A stretch of DNA of 64,000 nucleotides from Octopus sinensis (lineage: Eukaryota). Below are positions 27,174 to 41,275 of this stretch, in pieces. The stretch is from positions 71,610,001-71,674,000 of the forward strand of contig NC_043009.1 in the NCBI RefSeq assembly GCF_006345805.1, written 5' to 3'. A program made the translations under genes and the position numbers. A model generated the notes under the pieces. The model searched no databases and was not told the origin of the DNA. It worked only from the letters and a program-made list of their open reading frames with translations. Numbering within the stretch: the stretch's first letter is position 1; every line of letters begins with the position of its first letter.

Positions 27174-28072
27174 TAAACTGTGGTTGCAGAACAAACAAAT
27201 ACAAGGTCATCCACGTAACATTTCGTATCTCGAACATTTAATCACAAAATGCTTTTTCTTTCACATAGAATATACATCACGGAAGATGAAACACAACTCA
27301 TCAGTACAAGCATATAAGAAAATGCAAGGAAAATGTGTGAATACAGTTCATCTCGGTTAAAAGTTAATATTCAATATTTCCTCTATTCAATAAGACAATC
27401 AAAACTTCATTTCATTTTACTATATATATATATTATTTATACTATATATTCTATATTCTACATTAATATTACAAAGAATAAATATCAAGGAGGTTAAGGG
27501 GGTCTCACCCTGGTACGTGATGTCTGTTTCTGTATTTTTCCCCTGACGAAGGAGTAATTATTGTGATGCACCCTCGTGCATTAAATACAGTGATGTACCC
27601 CTGAAATGGCCATAGGTAATGTAAATATGGTTTCTTCATTTTTGCTTGGACACTGGCTTTTAACTATAGGTTTCCCTTATCTGAAAAGTAATTTTTAAAA
27701 AATTTTCTAAACGATGAACTTTTATCTGACCTTATATATTATATATTACTTATTTATATGCTTCCTATATTTATATATGTATTTTTATATATCTATATAT
27801 TTCTTATATTTTTATTATTCTAGGTGTTGTAATGTTTTTAAAAAAATATATATTTCTTAATCGCTAAAGTATTAATCGTTAACTTTTAACCGAGATGAAC
27901 AGTATTCACGCACATTTCTTGTATTTTCTTATATGCTTGTACTGATGAGTTGTGTTTCATCTTCCGTGATGTATATTCTATGTGAAAGAAAAAGCATTAC
28001 GTGATTAAATGTTCGAGATATGAAATGTTACGTGGATGACCTTGTATCTGTTTGTTCTGCAACCACAGTTTA
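27174..28072. mobile_element. Non-coding fold-back element with about 194-bp inverted arms and a central hammerhead (PLE-derived, non-autonomous)
   Basis: 27174-27367 is the reverse complement of 27879-28072; abuts (TA)n. Confidence 0.7.
27540..27619 (+). ncRNA. Minimal type-I hammerhead ribozyme with rod-like extended helix II
   Basis: CC CUGACGA AGG...CCU GAAA UGGCCA UA GG; palindromic AUGGCCAU; helix II about 21 bp; helix I short. Confidence 0.7.
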
Positions 28073-28074
28073 AT

Positions 28075-28155
<81 letters not shown>

Positions 28156-28168
28156 GTATATATATATA

Positions 28169-28650
28169 CGAGATGGTATCTAAAAGTTCCAAGACTTGTT
28201 TTATGTTGAATAAAAATAACTTATTTACCTGAGCTGAGTTTTAAAATCCTCTACTTCCAAATAGTCACCTTGCGCAGCAATACACTGGTTCCAGCATTCC
28301 TGCCACTTTTGGAATCCAGTCTGGAAGTCACATTCCAAAAGCGAGTTGAGGGTCTTGACAACAGGGTTAAAACTGCAACCTTTGAACGACAACCTTTGAA
28401 TCTAGCAAACAGGGTGGGGGTGGAAGCAATGCTCTGTCACCATAAGGTGAGAAATTCTAGAGTAAGGAAAGCTCAAAGACAGAGTGTATTGTCATCATGA
28501 AGAATCCTGTTGGTCACGCTCCACTGATCCGGTCACTTTCACTGATTGTCATCCCTCAAATGCTTCAAAACATCCCAGTAGTACTCTCGATCGATGACCC
28601 GATCCTGGGGGACAAATTCCCAATACACAATATCAAATTTGTGGGGGTGA
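28169..28650 (-). mobile_element. Mariner transposon 3' fragment
   Basis: Minus-strand IVYWEFVPQDRVIDREYYWDVLKHLR...ILHDDN; TIR-like (ta)cgagatggtatctaaaagttcc at 28167. Confidence 0.75.
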
Positions 28651-28754
28651 CGCTCGTGGCAGGTCTTCCAGATCACCCATCGTTGTCCAGGGACATCCCT
28701 CTGCCCGTGCCACTTGAAACATTCTGTACAAACCAATTGCCTCGAGTGCAGCCA

Positions 28755-28900
28755 TGGCTGAGGGGTTAAGAAGCTTACTTCCCAGCTACATGGTTTCAGG
28801 TTCAGTCCCACCACATGGCTCTTTATGCAAGTGTCTTCTGCTATAGCCCTGGGCTGACTGAAGCTTTGTAATTGAACTTGGTAGGCAGAAGTTACTACCT
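28755..28900 (+). mobile_element. CORE-type SINE, partial
   Basis: ggttaagaagcttacttcccagctacatggtttcaggttcagtccc...gcaagtgtcttctgctatagcc. Confidence 0.7.
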
Positions 28901-29499
28901 CATGTGTACATGTGTGTGTAGGTGCTTGTGCCTCTCCGAGAGAGAGAGAGGGGGGATGTAAGGCTGCCAAAGCATGCTTAGTGTCTCTGAAGCAGAATTC
29001 CCAAGTTTAGCACAAGATTTTGCGTTGGCACTTTGTTCTTGTCCATGACAAAATTAGAGATTGCAGCAGACACACGTGATCACAAAAGCACAAACTTCAC
29101 AAATTGCAAAATAAACACAGTGACATCCCTCAACTCACTGCTTCATGAAGGTCACTGCTAACTTTCACTGTGCACGCAACCATGTGCTGCCATCTATTGG
29201 TGTGCTACAGAAGTAGCCTGAGAACTTTTGGATACCACCTCATATATACACACACGCACACCCACACACACACACACATATGTATATATGAGTCTAAGAC
29301 ATTTAACCCACCCCCATGGACAATAACCCCCCCACCAAGACAATTACCCCTGAGAACAACAGATGATTTAAAACTTCTTAATTCTTAAATATTGGAGAGG
29401 GGGTAATTAACTAAGGGGGCTAATTGTCCTCGTGGGTAGTTGTTGTCGGGGGGGGGGTAATTGTCCTGGGTGGGGATGGGGGGTAATTGTCCTGATACA

Positions 29500-29534
<35 letters not shown>

Positions 29535-29770
29535 GGAAATGTACTTGCATAGCGAGTGACTTGATCTGAGATCGTGAGCTGGAACGAAAACAATTGCAGT
29601 GTGGAAGGTGTTTATAAGCCATTTAAGAAATACACAAAACCGTTAGATTCACTTCAACATTTAGATTTAATTTGTCAAAATATTTAGTCACTTTGAGACT
29701 GCAACCTTTTCACTGACAAAGCTTTGGCTTATAAATGGCTTATAAACACCTTCCATGCTGCAATTGTATA

Positions 29771-29827
<57 letters not shown>

Positions 29828-30865
29828 TGTATGGATGGATGTATGTATGTATGTGTACACTCCCCAACTCACTTTCCTTTGTTTTCCAACTAGGGGCTCC
29901 ATGCATCTACTCTACAGCAAGACCCCTATGTTTGTCCTTTCCTATCTTAAATCTCACAACTGGCACAAAGCCTTAATACTCCTCCCCACTCCCAGTTGGG
30001 GGGTTCTTGTCTTGCGAGGTACCTGATGATCCTGTCGGTGATGGTACCACATAAAAGCATCCAGTACCCTCTGCAAAGTGGTTGGCATCCTGAAGAGCAC
30101 CCGGTGGTGGTGGTGGTGATAATGATGATGATGAGGCGGCGGCAGAGGAGGAGGAGGAGGAAGCGGAGGGAGGAGAGGAGGGGAGGAGGAGAGGAAGAAG
30201 GCGGGAGGCGGAGGAGGAAGAAGAAGAAGTGGAGGAGGGGGAGGGGGAGGATATATGTGTTGCTTATTCTACTTTAAGCTTTGCTTCTTGTAGAAGAGCA
30301 CTCAACCCTATGGGATGCACACACACACACACACACACACCCACCCACATGTTGACATGTAGCTGCCTCAATAGTGTCATCAACACTGGAATCTTGCTGC
30401 CTTTCCTTCAGCAGATCTGACACTTTTACAAAAGACAAAAGACGAGAGACATAAAAAAAAACCCCAGAAAAGTAGAAAATATTCCTGATCCAGCTATGAT
30501 GACCCAGAAGAAAGAAAATGAATTCAGAGAAAGCGCTCAAGGTGGCCAATGGAATAGTTTGAGTGCAAATTCCTTAATTATTTTGTCATGTAATTCTTTT
30601 CTCATATCAAATAAAACCTGTTTCTTGATAAAAATGCAAACCATTAAAGAAGTCTTCCCTTAATCTTTTGTGCATCTTCAGCAGAAGCAAATTCCTTCCA
30701 AGGTCAAGGAATTTCTTTCGTTTGCTGTCACATTTGTGAAAATGGTGAGGAAAAGTGGAATTAGTTTGGGACTAAGCAGACACACCAGTGTATGAGAAGT
30801 AATTATATGATGGCATGGCTTGACCAACACTGGCTGAAGTCATTGTCACTATCAGGTATGGGTGG

Positions 30866-31260
30866 GGGGGGGGGGGGGGTAAGACGTTTGCTCCCCAACC
30901 ACATGGTTCTAGGTTCAGTCTCACTGCATGGCACCTTGGACGAGTGTCTTCCACCATTGCCTTGGGCCAAATAATGCCTAGTGAGTGGATTTGGTAGACA
31001 GAAAATGCAAGAAGCCTGTCATGCGTGTGTGTGTATGTGTGTGTTTTTGCGCATGTGTGTGTGTGTGTGTGTGTTTGTCCCCCAACACCACTTGGTGTAT
31101 TGGTATGTGTCCATCCCTGTAACTTAGCAGTTTGGCAACAGAGACCAATAGAATAAGTTCCTGGCTTAAAAGAATATAAGTTCTGAGGTCAAGTTATTCA
31201 ACTAAAAGTTCTCCAAGGCGGTGCCCCAGCATGGCCCCTGTCAGACAAGACTGAAACAAG
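30866..31260 (+). mobile_element. CORE-type SINE, near full length with internal (GT)n
   Basis: ggttctaggttcagtctcactgcatggcaccttggacgagtgtctt...ggcggtgccccagcatggcc. Confidence 0.7.
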
Positions 31261-31449
31261 ATGGAAGATAACAAAATAAAAGATATTCCATAAATGTACC
31301 TGAGACCATTTACCCCCAACTTATAAGGAAACATATTAGTGTAGGGACACAGGGTGTGTGTGTGTGTGTTATGTGTGTGTGTGTGTGTGTGAGTGTATGT
31401 ATGTGCATGTATGTGTGTGTGTGTGTGTGTTATGTGTGTTGTGTGTGTG

Positions 31450-31482
<33 letters not shown>

Positions 31483-32561
31483 CAGTTCTGTCTACTTCTT
31501 ACCTTCTAACAACAGTTGTAAACTTGTTGCTGACAACATCTGATGACACGAAACTTACGGAGATGCAACAGAAAAAAACAGCAAAAATAATGAAATGTTT
31601 AATAATTGCACAGTTTTAGGAGAAGAAGAAGTTGAAAAGAATAAGAAGCAGAATGTTTTTAGCTGAAGAACTCGAGACATTTGGTCTGTGATTCTTGCTT
31701 GAATCACTTTATAAGTTTGTTGTTGTATTTGAAATGAGTGGAAAGTGACTGTTCTGACATAATACCAATTCTTGACTTCATTGATCTCTTGGAATCAATG
31801 GTTGTCATAGCATCGTGGTTAGCTACTTGTGATGACGGTTAGATCTAAAGATGACATTAAAGTGGTGAATGGGTTTTCAAACTGAAGGACATCACTCAAC
31901 TGGAATGGTGAAAGTTCTGAAGAGAATTGTGTGATGATAGCCAAGTATAGTCAGACTCAAGAAATACTGATGCGATTGAATGACCAATGGCTATAAGCAT
32001 CATTTCGGTTGCTATGGCAATGCTTCTGCATCTTTTGCAATGCATTTGTTGGCCAGGTTTTATTGGTCTTCGGAGAGATTTGTCAAGTTATTTCGTGACT
32101 TTGCTGGTGCTGGTCCAGTGTTAAAAGAACACCATCCTCCTCCTCCTCCTCACCAACATCATCATCATTATCATCATCATCACTACACCACCACCACCAC
32201 CACCACCATCATCATCATCATTATCATCACATACCCCATACAACCATGCCAAAACTGACCTTGTCTGTGTTGGTGTCACATAAAATGCACTCAGTCCACT
32301 CTACGTTGTGGTCGGCATCAGGAAGGGCAGCCAGCAGTAAAGATCATGCCATGTTACCACACATTGGAACTGAACTATACATGCCAATTTTGTTACCACA
32401 CAGCCACACCTGCACCTATGTATGTATATGTGTGTGTGTTTGTGTGTGTATGTGTGTGTGTGTGCGTTTATGGGTGTATATATGTGTCTATATATGTGTA
32501 CATCTATATATATATACATCTACACATAAATGTATGTATACATATGCATGTATATATATAT

Positions 32562-32607
<46 letters not shown>

Positions 32608-32621
32608 TATATCTATACATC

Positions 32622-32654
<33 letters not shown>

Positions 32655-33072
32655 ATGTTTTTTTTTCTTTTACTTGTTTCAGTCATTTGACTGTGGCCAT
32701 GCTGGAGCACCGCCTTTTAGTCATGTAAATCGACCCCGGGACTTATTCTTTGTAAGCCCAGTACTTATTCTATCACTCTCTTTTGCCGGACTGCTAAGTG
32801 ACGGGGACGTAAACACACCAGCATTGGTTGTCAAGCAATGCTAGGGGGACAAACACAGACACACAAACACACACACACACATACATATATACATATATAT
32901 ATACATATATACGACAGGCTTCTTTCAGTTTCCGTCTACCAAATCCACTCACAAGGCATTGGTCAGCGCGGGGCTATAGCAGAAGACACTTGCCCAAGAT
33001 GCCATGCAGTGGGACTGAACCCGGAACCATGTGGTTGGTTAGCAAGCTACTTACCACACAGCCACTCCTGCG

Positions 33073-33075
<3 letters not shown>
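32655..33075 (-). mobile_element. CORE-type SINE, full length
   Basis: Reverse complement of 51485-51975 over head, CORE, microsatellite spacer and 3' tail. Confidence 0.85.
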
Positions 33076-33140
<65 letters not shown>

Positions 33141-33229
33141 ATATTTATATATATATATATTATATACATCTATATGTATACATCTATATGTATACATCTA
33201 TATCTATATATATATATATATACATGTAA

Positions 33230-33668
33230 ATTTAAATTTAAAATATTAAGGGTGAAAAATTTAGTATTAATTTGATTAATATGAATTGAAAATCAGTGGT
33301 GTAGCATATAAAACTATAGTGGATCTTCTTCTAGCAAAATGGAAGTCCACTGTTAATGGTTCATCCCTGTTATATAATAGTTTCACTTTAATAGTTTCAG
33401 TATCAAAGTGAAAGTATCTGACATTACAATAGAGAAATGTTTTTGTTTCACTTTTGACATGTAATACTGAAATAGTGGAGAAGATATGATATTGCTGTGG
33501 GCTCGCCCTAGGCAAGAAGTTAAAACATTTTTTTGCCCATGACACTACATGGACCCCAAGTAAGGCATGTGTAAAATTTGATTGAAAATGGTTGTGTAGT
33601 TCTAAAGTTTTAGGGATTCACACAGAGAGACAGACAGACACATATTCTCAGTTTTATTTATATAGATA
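33230..33668 (+). mobile_element. Non-autonomous Helitron/Helentron-like element, 3' part
   Basis: aaaatttgattgaaaatggttg...(cagac)n...tttatttatataga 3' signature, similar to 61677-62057. Confidence 0.45.
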
Positions 33669-33692
33669 TATATATATATGTGTGTGTGTGTA

Positions 33693-33724
<32 letters not shown>

Positions 33725-33794
33725 CACACTCGTACATATATACATACATATGTATGTATATATGTATGTGTGTTTATGTATGTATGTATGTATG

Positions 33795-33825
<31 letters not shown>

Positions 33826-34199
33826 TTATGCATATATGTATGTGTATGTACATAAGTGTGTATGTATGTATGTCTGCATATATATGCATGTATGTATGTA
33901 TGTCTGCATATATGCTTGTATGTATGTATGTATGTATGTATGTATGTATGTATGTATGTATGTATGCATATATGTATGTATATGCATAAACAGAGAACAG
34001 CTTTTGCATAAGACATATTAAAAGCAGGACTGTGTTTAAATTTAATCGCTTTTTTATTAATAATTTTTCACATTTTTTTATAAGTGTTTTATGAGAGTCT
34101 GAAATGGTACCATTGCTCACTCCATTAATATATATATATATATATATATATATAAGATAACACTTACTTGGAAAAGGATGCATGGCATTTGATCAAAAT

Positions 34200-34432
34200 A
34201 AGGCAGCGAGCTAGCAGAAACGTTGGCACGTCGGGCGAAATGCTTAGCGGTATTTCGTCTGCTTTACGTTGTGAGTTCAAATTCTGCCGAGGTCGACTTT
34301 GCCTTTCATCCTTTCAGGGTCGATAAATTAAGTACCAGTTACGCACTGGGGTCGATGTAATCGACTTAATACCTATGTCTGTCCTTGTTTGTCCCCTCTG
34401 TGTTTAGCCCCTTGAGGGTAATAAAGAAATAG
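34200..34432 (+). mobile_element. tRNA-derived SINE, second family, well preserved
   Basis: ggcagcgagctagcagaa head, B box gagttcaaattc, gactttgcctttcatcctttcagggtcgataaattaagtaccag core, aataaagaaataa tail. Confidence 0.85.
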
Positions 34433-34456
34433 GCACTTGATCATATAATAATATAT

Positions 34457-34848
34457 ATACATGCATATACAGGACATCAGAAAAACGTAGACACAATGAG
34501 AAATGAGAACATAAAAACAAAAACATAGAAAACGAACTTTTTTTTGAACAACGAAAGAAACAAATAAAGAAACGAGATATCCAACAGAAAGAACATTCCC
34601 TCCATCAGTTGTCCCCTGTTGAATCTACTCCACGTTTCGAAGGTAAGGAGAACCATCGAAACGTGGAGTAGATAAAATAGGGGACATTTAATGAAGGGAA
34701 TGTTCTTTCTGTTGCCTGTCTTGTTTCTTTGTTTGTTTCTTTCGTTGTTCAAAAAAAAAAGTTCGTTTTCTATGTTTTTGCTTTTTATGTTCTCATTTTT
34801 CATTGTGTCTACGTTCTTTTGATGTCCTGTACCCATATATGCATGTAT
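34457..34848. repeat. About 390-bp imperfect palindrome (15-nt spacer at 34641-34655) formed by a PLE-like end; related sequence at about 45800-45940
   Basis: tctactccacgtttcga / tcgaaacgtggagtaga at the centre; arms stay complementary outward. Confidence 0.85.
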
Positions 34849-34907
34849 ATATACATATATATGTAGGTATGTACATATCTGTATGTATATATACATATAT
34901 TTATATG

Positions 34908-34967
<60 letters not shown>

Positions 34968-34992
34968 TTAGTTATAGTAGATATAGTATATA

Positions 34993-35920
34993 CAGAGGTT
35001 GGACAAAATAATGGAAACACTTAGTATCACAACATCCTAATTTTGAAATATCTATAAAAACTGTCAAAAGCTTATTCATTTTTATGTAGTTTTGATTTAT
35101 TATTAGTGTTTTGCTAAAATTGCTGTTTCTTTCCAGATATCATCAGAAAAAGGTAATTAAAACTCATTAAAATGGCAGATCTATCGGACTTCCAAAGAGG
35201 TCAAATTGCTGGTGCTCGCATGGCAGGTGCTAGCTTAATGAAAACAGCCGAAATGTTTGGTGTATCAAGAAGTACTGTCTCGAAAGTAATGACAGCCTTT
35301 GAGAAAGAGGGAAAAACCTCCTCGTCAAAACAAAACTCCGGAAGAAAACCAAAGCTTTCAGATAGGGACTATCCGACTCTTACGTGTATTGTTAGAAAGG
35401 ATCACAAAAGTACAGCTCCCAAAATTACTGCAGAGCTTGATGACCACCTCCAGAACCCAGTTTCCACAAAAACCGTTCACCAGGAGCTGCACAAAGCCAG
35501 ATTTCATAGGAGGGCTGCAATCAGAAAACCTCTACTTTCAAAAAACAAATGTTGCAAAGAGTTTAGAGTGGAATAAAAACCTACAGAATTGGTCCCTAGA
35601 GCAGTAGAAGAATGCTATTGTCTCGGACGAGTCATCCTTTACTTTATTTCCGACCACCAGCCGAGTAAACATGTGGAGACAGCCAAAAGAAGCATTTGAC
35701 CCAGACTGCCTTCTTCCAACTGTTAAACATGGAGGAGGATCAGTGATGATCAGGTGGTGGGGGGGCTATATCCTGGAAATCCGCCGACCCAGTGGTTTCC
35801 CTTCATGGCAGAATTAATGGTCAAGACTATTTAAGCATTTTCTCTGATCAAATTCATCCTGTGGTTGCAGAACTGATTCCAGAGGGAAAAGAAATCTTTC
35901 AGGATGACAATGCACCAACA
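34993..35920 (+). mobile_element. Tc1-like transposon, 3'-truncated, with disrupted transposase (ORF start 35172)
   Basis: TA then cagaggttggacaaaataatggaaacac TIR; MADLSDFQRGQI HTH, GRKPKLS, SDESSF, KHGGGSVM, QDDNAP; frameshifts and stops. Confidence 0.92.
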
Positions 35921-37302
35921 CATGAAGATGTCAACAAAATTGTCAATTGACCCCAGCCATGAAGATTACTGGTCCCTTAAAAACAGACAACCAGGTTTAT
36001 TTAAGATTTATCTTCACAATTAGAACAGGGCACATAGAACTCAGCGATCCAAGAGATGCCAAGCCCATGTCTGAACACACAAAGCATGAAGAAGCTGGTT
36101 TAATAGGTTAACCATTCAGCTATTTCCTCTCGTTAACAGAGTATATAAATAATTAATTAGGAACCAAGTGTCAAAGCCTGTTTCTTGATATCTTACAGAA
36201 TTCTTAGAAACCAAATCAAAACAAAATGGTAAGTGTTTGAAAATATTAAAGAGAGGAAATAACAAACCAATCACTTCATGCACACATCCCACACCCTCTG
36301 TCCTTTTCTACTATTACATCCATAGCCTACATACACACCCATATACATATATATGTATATATGCATACACACACGCACATATTTATGTGTGTGTGTGTAT
36401 TTATAGCTTGCACAGCAGACGGGAAACAATGAATGAGATTTCAGCTAAAGATAATCATCAGAAGAGGAGCATTTCACACACAAAGATCTTATATAAAAAA
36501 CACTTCATCCTCATCCCTACTCCCACTACCACTACCACCCCATCATCATTCTCATCGTCGTCATCATCATCATCATTGTTGTTGTCGTGGTCATCATCAT
36601 CATCATTATCATTATTATTATTACATTTTAGTTACTAAAACAACATGAATGTGTTCTTTGATCTTCTCCATCCAAGACAAATATATCTCGCATCCTTCAT
36701 CTCTTCAGGCCACATACAACATAAAAGTTTGCCAAAATTTTGCCCCACCCCCACCCCCACGATGTGATGAAAAATATTGTTTTCCAAAACCTTTAATTGT
36801 TTTTTTATTTCTATTTTTACTAATTATTAGCCTTATTTACATCTTTATTGCAAGTCCCTGGCCCCTTATACTAACATCTTTCATTCTGCACATTTCGTCA
36901 CCCATTTGCATAAATCTACTTCTCTTCTCTTTGTTCGCAACACAATCTCTAAGAAACAGACTCTGTTATTTGCAATAATTTCTTCGTATTGGTTTGGTTC
37001 AGTTCGGTTCGGTTAGGGTAGTTGTGTTAAGGGTTTGGTATGAGTGGAAGGAACATGGATTTAATGGCTCCCAGATGCTAAGCAGGCAGCCGTTAACATT
37101 TAGTGAGCCTTGAAATAAATACACTGCTGGAATTTTATCTTCGAAGAAATTGTTTCATTATTATCAACATTTACTTTTTTTTAGATTTTATTTTTATTTT
37201 TACAAGGGTGGATAAGAGTAGGATGAGAGCAGTTTATATGTGTGTGTATGTATGTATGTGTGTGTGTGTGTGTATGTATGTATGCATGTGTGTGTGTGTA
37301 TG

Positions 37303-37347
<45 letters not shown>

Positions 37348-38289
37348 ATTTAAATATAAACATATTTTTTTGAGAGGGAGAAATTGTGTGTGAGGGAACT
37401 GAATCTATCCTGTAAAAGATAAGCTGACAGGTCTAACTGATAATGGTGAGTTACTAGTCAGAAGTCAAATAAAAAAAATCTTCCAAACCAAACTGGACCT
37501 ATTAATATTGTTTCCCCCCATCTGTCAGTCATCTGTGAAAACTTAACCCCACCCCCACCAGCTTCTGTTGTTGCTTTTTTCTTTTAAAAGCTGAAAAAAG
37601 AAACTAATAGTGTAAAACCTATCAGTTCTGTTTGCAGGCAAAACCTAGATCAATGGCTTTTAACCATTTCTTACCTTTGGGCCCCCTTGATCATGATTTT
37701 ACTCTGGTGGATTCCCCCAACCCCATAAGCCATTCAACGTTTCAAAACTAGTTTTATAGATTCTTCTTTCAAAATTCCTAATTTGTTTTTCTCTCACGTT
37801 GAACTGCGTAAAACATTTTCAAAAGAAATCTTACAGTTTCTTGCAATAAATAAAACCAAATTTATTCATGGAACCATTAAAATACTACTGTTGATCCCCA
37901 GTTTGCTTGCATTGACCCCAAAAATCATGGTGGTGGTGGTGGTGGTGGTGGTGGTGGTGGCGGCAGCGTCAGCAGCGGCGGCGTCAGCAGCGGCGGCATC
38001 AGCAGCGGCGGCGGCAGTGGTGGTGGTGGTGGTGGTGATAGTGATGACAATAACAGCAATGATGGTGATGATGATGGCAAGAATGACAAAAGACAGAAGA
38101 CATTTTAATTGCATTTGAACCCCAAAACCTCTGGATTCTGATTTTCAATTTCATCAATCACTTTGATCCCTCCATGATCGATGAAATTTCAAAACGAAAC
38201 AAATTCAATACCTGTAATACGTCATTTCCTTTGTAAGGCTCAAAAGGCTGACTGAGCTATGTGGCCCATTGCAATACACAAGAAGACCC

Positions 38290-38555
38290 ACCCAACACAA
38301 CAGAGACCCTAAAACGAAGGTACCACATAAAAGGCAGTAGTGTGGGTGCTGGTACCACGCAAAAAGCACTGGTGCTGGTGCCAGTACCCTTTGTAAAGCG
38401 ATTGGCAATTAGCAAGAGCATTTAGCAGGAGAAACTATGCCAAAGCAGACTATGCGACCTGGTGTGGTTGCTGGCCTCGCCAGCTTCTGTCAAACTGTCC
38501 AACCCATGCCAGCATGGAAAACAGATGTTAAATGTTGATGATGATGATGATGATG
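38290..38555 (+). mobile_element. RTE-like LINE 3' end, degenerate
   Basis: ggtaccacataaaaggc...ccaacccatgccagcatggaaaacagatgttaaatgttgatgatg. Confidence 0.6.
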
Positions 38556-39563
38556 TGGGTTTAGAGAGACATTGTCCTTATATGGCATATCTTGGGAAGG
38601 TCAGACTGACTGAGAAAATTAAACTTTTGTATTGCTATATAAAAGTCTACCTTTCAATTATTGCTGCCAGTTACCATTTCTTCACTCCACAAGTTTTAAA
38701 CCCGATGACCATCATACATGAGAGACAAGCTCACAATAAGTCAAGTTTCTTAGTTCGCATATTGGTTATGGCACTAACGTCTTTCAAAAGGATATAAATA
38801 AAATCCATCATCACTTTTGAAACTTTCACAATTTCTAGAGATCCTAAATGCTTTTATCTTTGTAAGAAATCAATTTTGTTTCCATCCGAGCAATAACAAA
38901 ATGAATTTGGTTTCCTTTTACGTCTGCTGGAAAAGAAACGATGTATTCAGCATAAAATAAAAGCCTTCATTCAATCTGATAGAAAATTAATTGTAATATA
39001 CTCATGTTACAGCAAACCCCTAATTACTGTTAGATCTGTGATAAAACAATCCTCAGATAATTAAATACAAATATTTGTAATTTATTACTTAAATAATTAT
39101 TGTAAAAATTCTACTTAATTTAACAAAATAAAACACTCAAAGATAATCTAAAAGATTTCGTTTTTGAAAATTGCATCAAGCACAAGAAATATTAATTTTT
39201 CTAATTGTTGATCAATGAAGGAGATAATGTGTAATGTGTTGTATATCAATTAAACATGTCAATCATTTAAAAATATTTAATTAATTACAAACAACAGCAG
39301 GTGGCCAAATCATTAAGTTGTCATGTCAGGCTCTGAGAAAAAGAGTTCCTGCTAGTTTGAATTTTGTTCCCATGGGACCGATACTGTTTTAATGTCTCTC
39401 AGACATTAAATGGTTGAATGAGCCAAAAATGGATCCTCTAATTGGTTGACCAGTTGCACAGCATACAAAATATAGCAGCAAAATATATATCAGATCATCA
39501 TACTCTACTGAAAAGGAAGGACATATGGATAATTATAGATAATGATGTTCTAGATATATAGTA

Positions 39564-39647
<84 letters not shown>

Positions 39648-40394
39648 CAAACACATTATTTGATAAAATCAGTAAATATTTTGATGAGCTACTAATAGTT
39701 TCATGCGATGGAGACTACTAAAACAACATTTTATAACATGTCTGGTGCCTTCATGCAATCCTCAGGCTCTGCCCACAAGTTAGGATAATAGAGCAAGAAA
39801 AAATACAAGAAAAGACAAGAAGAAAGTACATGTAAAAGGTGAAAAACGAAAGGAAAAGGAAAAAGAAATAGACAAAAGAAAAAGTAAAAAGAAAAAGGTG
39901 GGATTAGAGTTATGTCTCCTTGGACCATAAAGTCATAATACTGAAGAGATAGGAGCCTAGGGTCTGCAGTACAGCTGCTCAATCCAGTGAAGGTGGTACT
40001 TTCCAATTCACCAATAGGAACTTGTCCATATGCTTATATCCACTGAAAATTTCAGATCTGGAATTCAGCAGTGCAGTAGAGTTCTTAGTTTTGAAAGGGA
40101 TCTATGATCTTTCAGCTACACACAGCTTGGCTTTTTTTTGATTCATGACATATGATGTAAATTTTCAACTATTTTCCACTTGATTGCATGCAGTGTGGCA
40201 TTGGACTTCAAATTCTGCATGTGGCTAGCCAACTTAGTGGTTTTATTTTTGTCCCAGTGCCAGAAAGAAGATATGTGGTTAGCCTAGTAATTTTTTATAT
40301 TGCCTTCACATAACCCAAAGTAATTCTTCTTTTTGGTTATGTTATCATCTAGTATTGTTCTAGCTTCTACTTCATATATGATAAATTTAATTAT

Positions 40395-40675
40395 GCACCC
40401 CTGGTTGAGTAGACAAATTCCTGGATTTCAACAGTTACACCTGGGAATAGTCTCTTGCTGATGCTTGCATGTAATAATGCTCTTCAAATTGAAGCAGCAG
40501 CTACATGATAATTTGACCGAGTGCCTCTTGAATATTTTTCTGTACCTGTGATTTAAGGGAAAATGTTTGTCTAAGATAAACAGGTATCTTTTAATTATGT
40601 TGTTTTTAACATTAAGGGAAAGGTGTGGGCAAACCAAATTACTCTACTGGGTCTATTTTTAGGTGTTTTTGTTAC
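40395..40675 (-). mobile_element. Penelope-like element coding fragment (RT to GIY-YIG linker)
   Basis: Minus-strand NRPSRVIWF / LSLNVKNNIIKRYLFILDKHFPLNHRYRKIFKRHSVKLSCSCCFNLKSII...RCNC, matching the WFNPP...DKHFP...KLSYSC...CNC linker of PLEs. Confidence 0.8.
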
Positions 40676-41071
40676 TCATATCATTACTAAGGGGGGGGCG
40701 CTGTGAATTAATTCATCGTTAAAGTCACTATTGGCTAGAGCATCACATGACCAACCAGTGCAATCTTCTTTCCTTGCACACTGCATCTAATTCCTCTTGT
40801 GCCCATCTTCTCTCTCAATACACTAGCACTTTGTCACACATGTACACTTGAATTACATATCCAGTAGAACATACTAGCCTCATTCCACCCCCTCACCTTC
40901 ACATGTCCCCTGCATTCAGGGTTCACATCTCAACAACCATGTAGAAATGCACATGCGGAATAAAAACCTTCCTTTTCAATCAGAGAGAGAAACCTTTGGT
41001 TGCTAAGGGAGGTAACAGCTCTCTGAATTTTCTCCTACTCATTCTTATTCTAGCTATTACACACTCACACG

Positions 41072-41102
<31 letters not shown>

Positions 41103-41244
41103 GTATGTATACATATAGATAGATAGATAGATAGAGTCATACATACATACACACATAGATACATGCACATACACATATTGCATACATGCATGTATGTATA
41201 CATACATATATGCACACACACACATACATATATGCACACACACA

Positions 41245-41275
<31 letters not shown>

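Noticed and set aside
27940-28000. CTGATGAG...GAAA in the inverted arm as another hammerhead
   Set aside because: No pairable helix I or II and no palindrome or NUH after GAAA
32301-34183. Many YI/HT/CV-repeat ORFs (also at 15600-16000, 56770-57250, 63100-63650)
   Set aside because: Dinucleotide and tetranucleotide microsatellites lack stop codons in most frames
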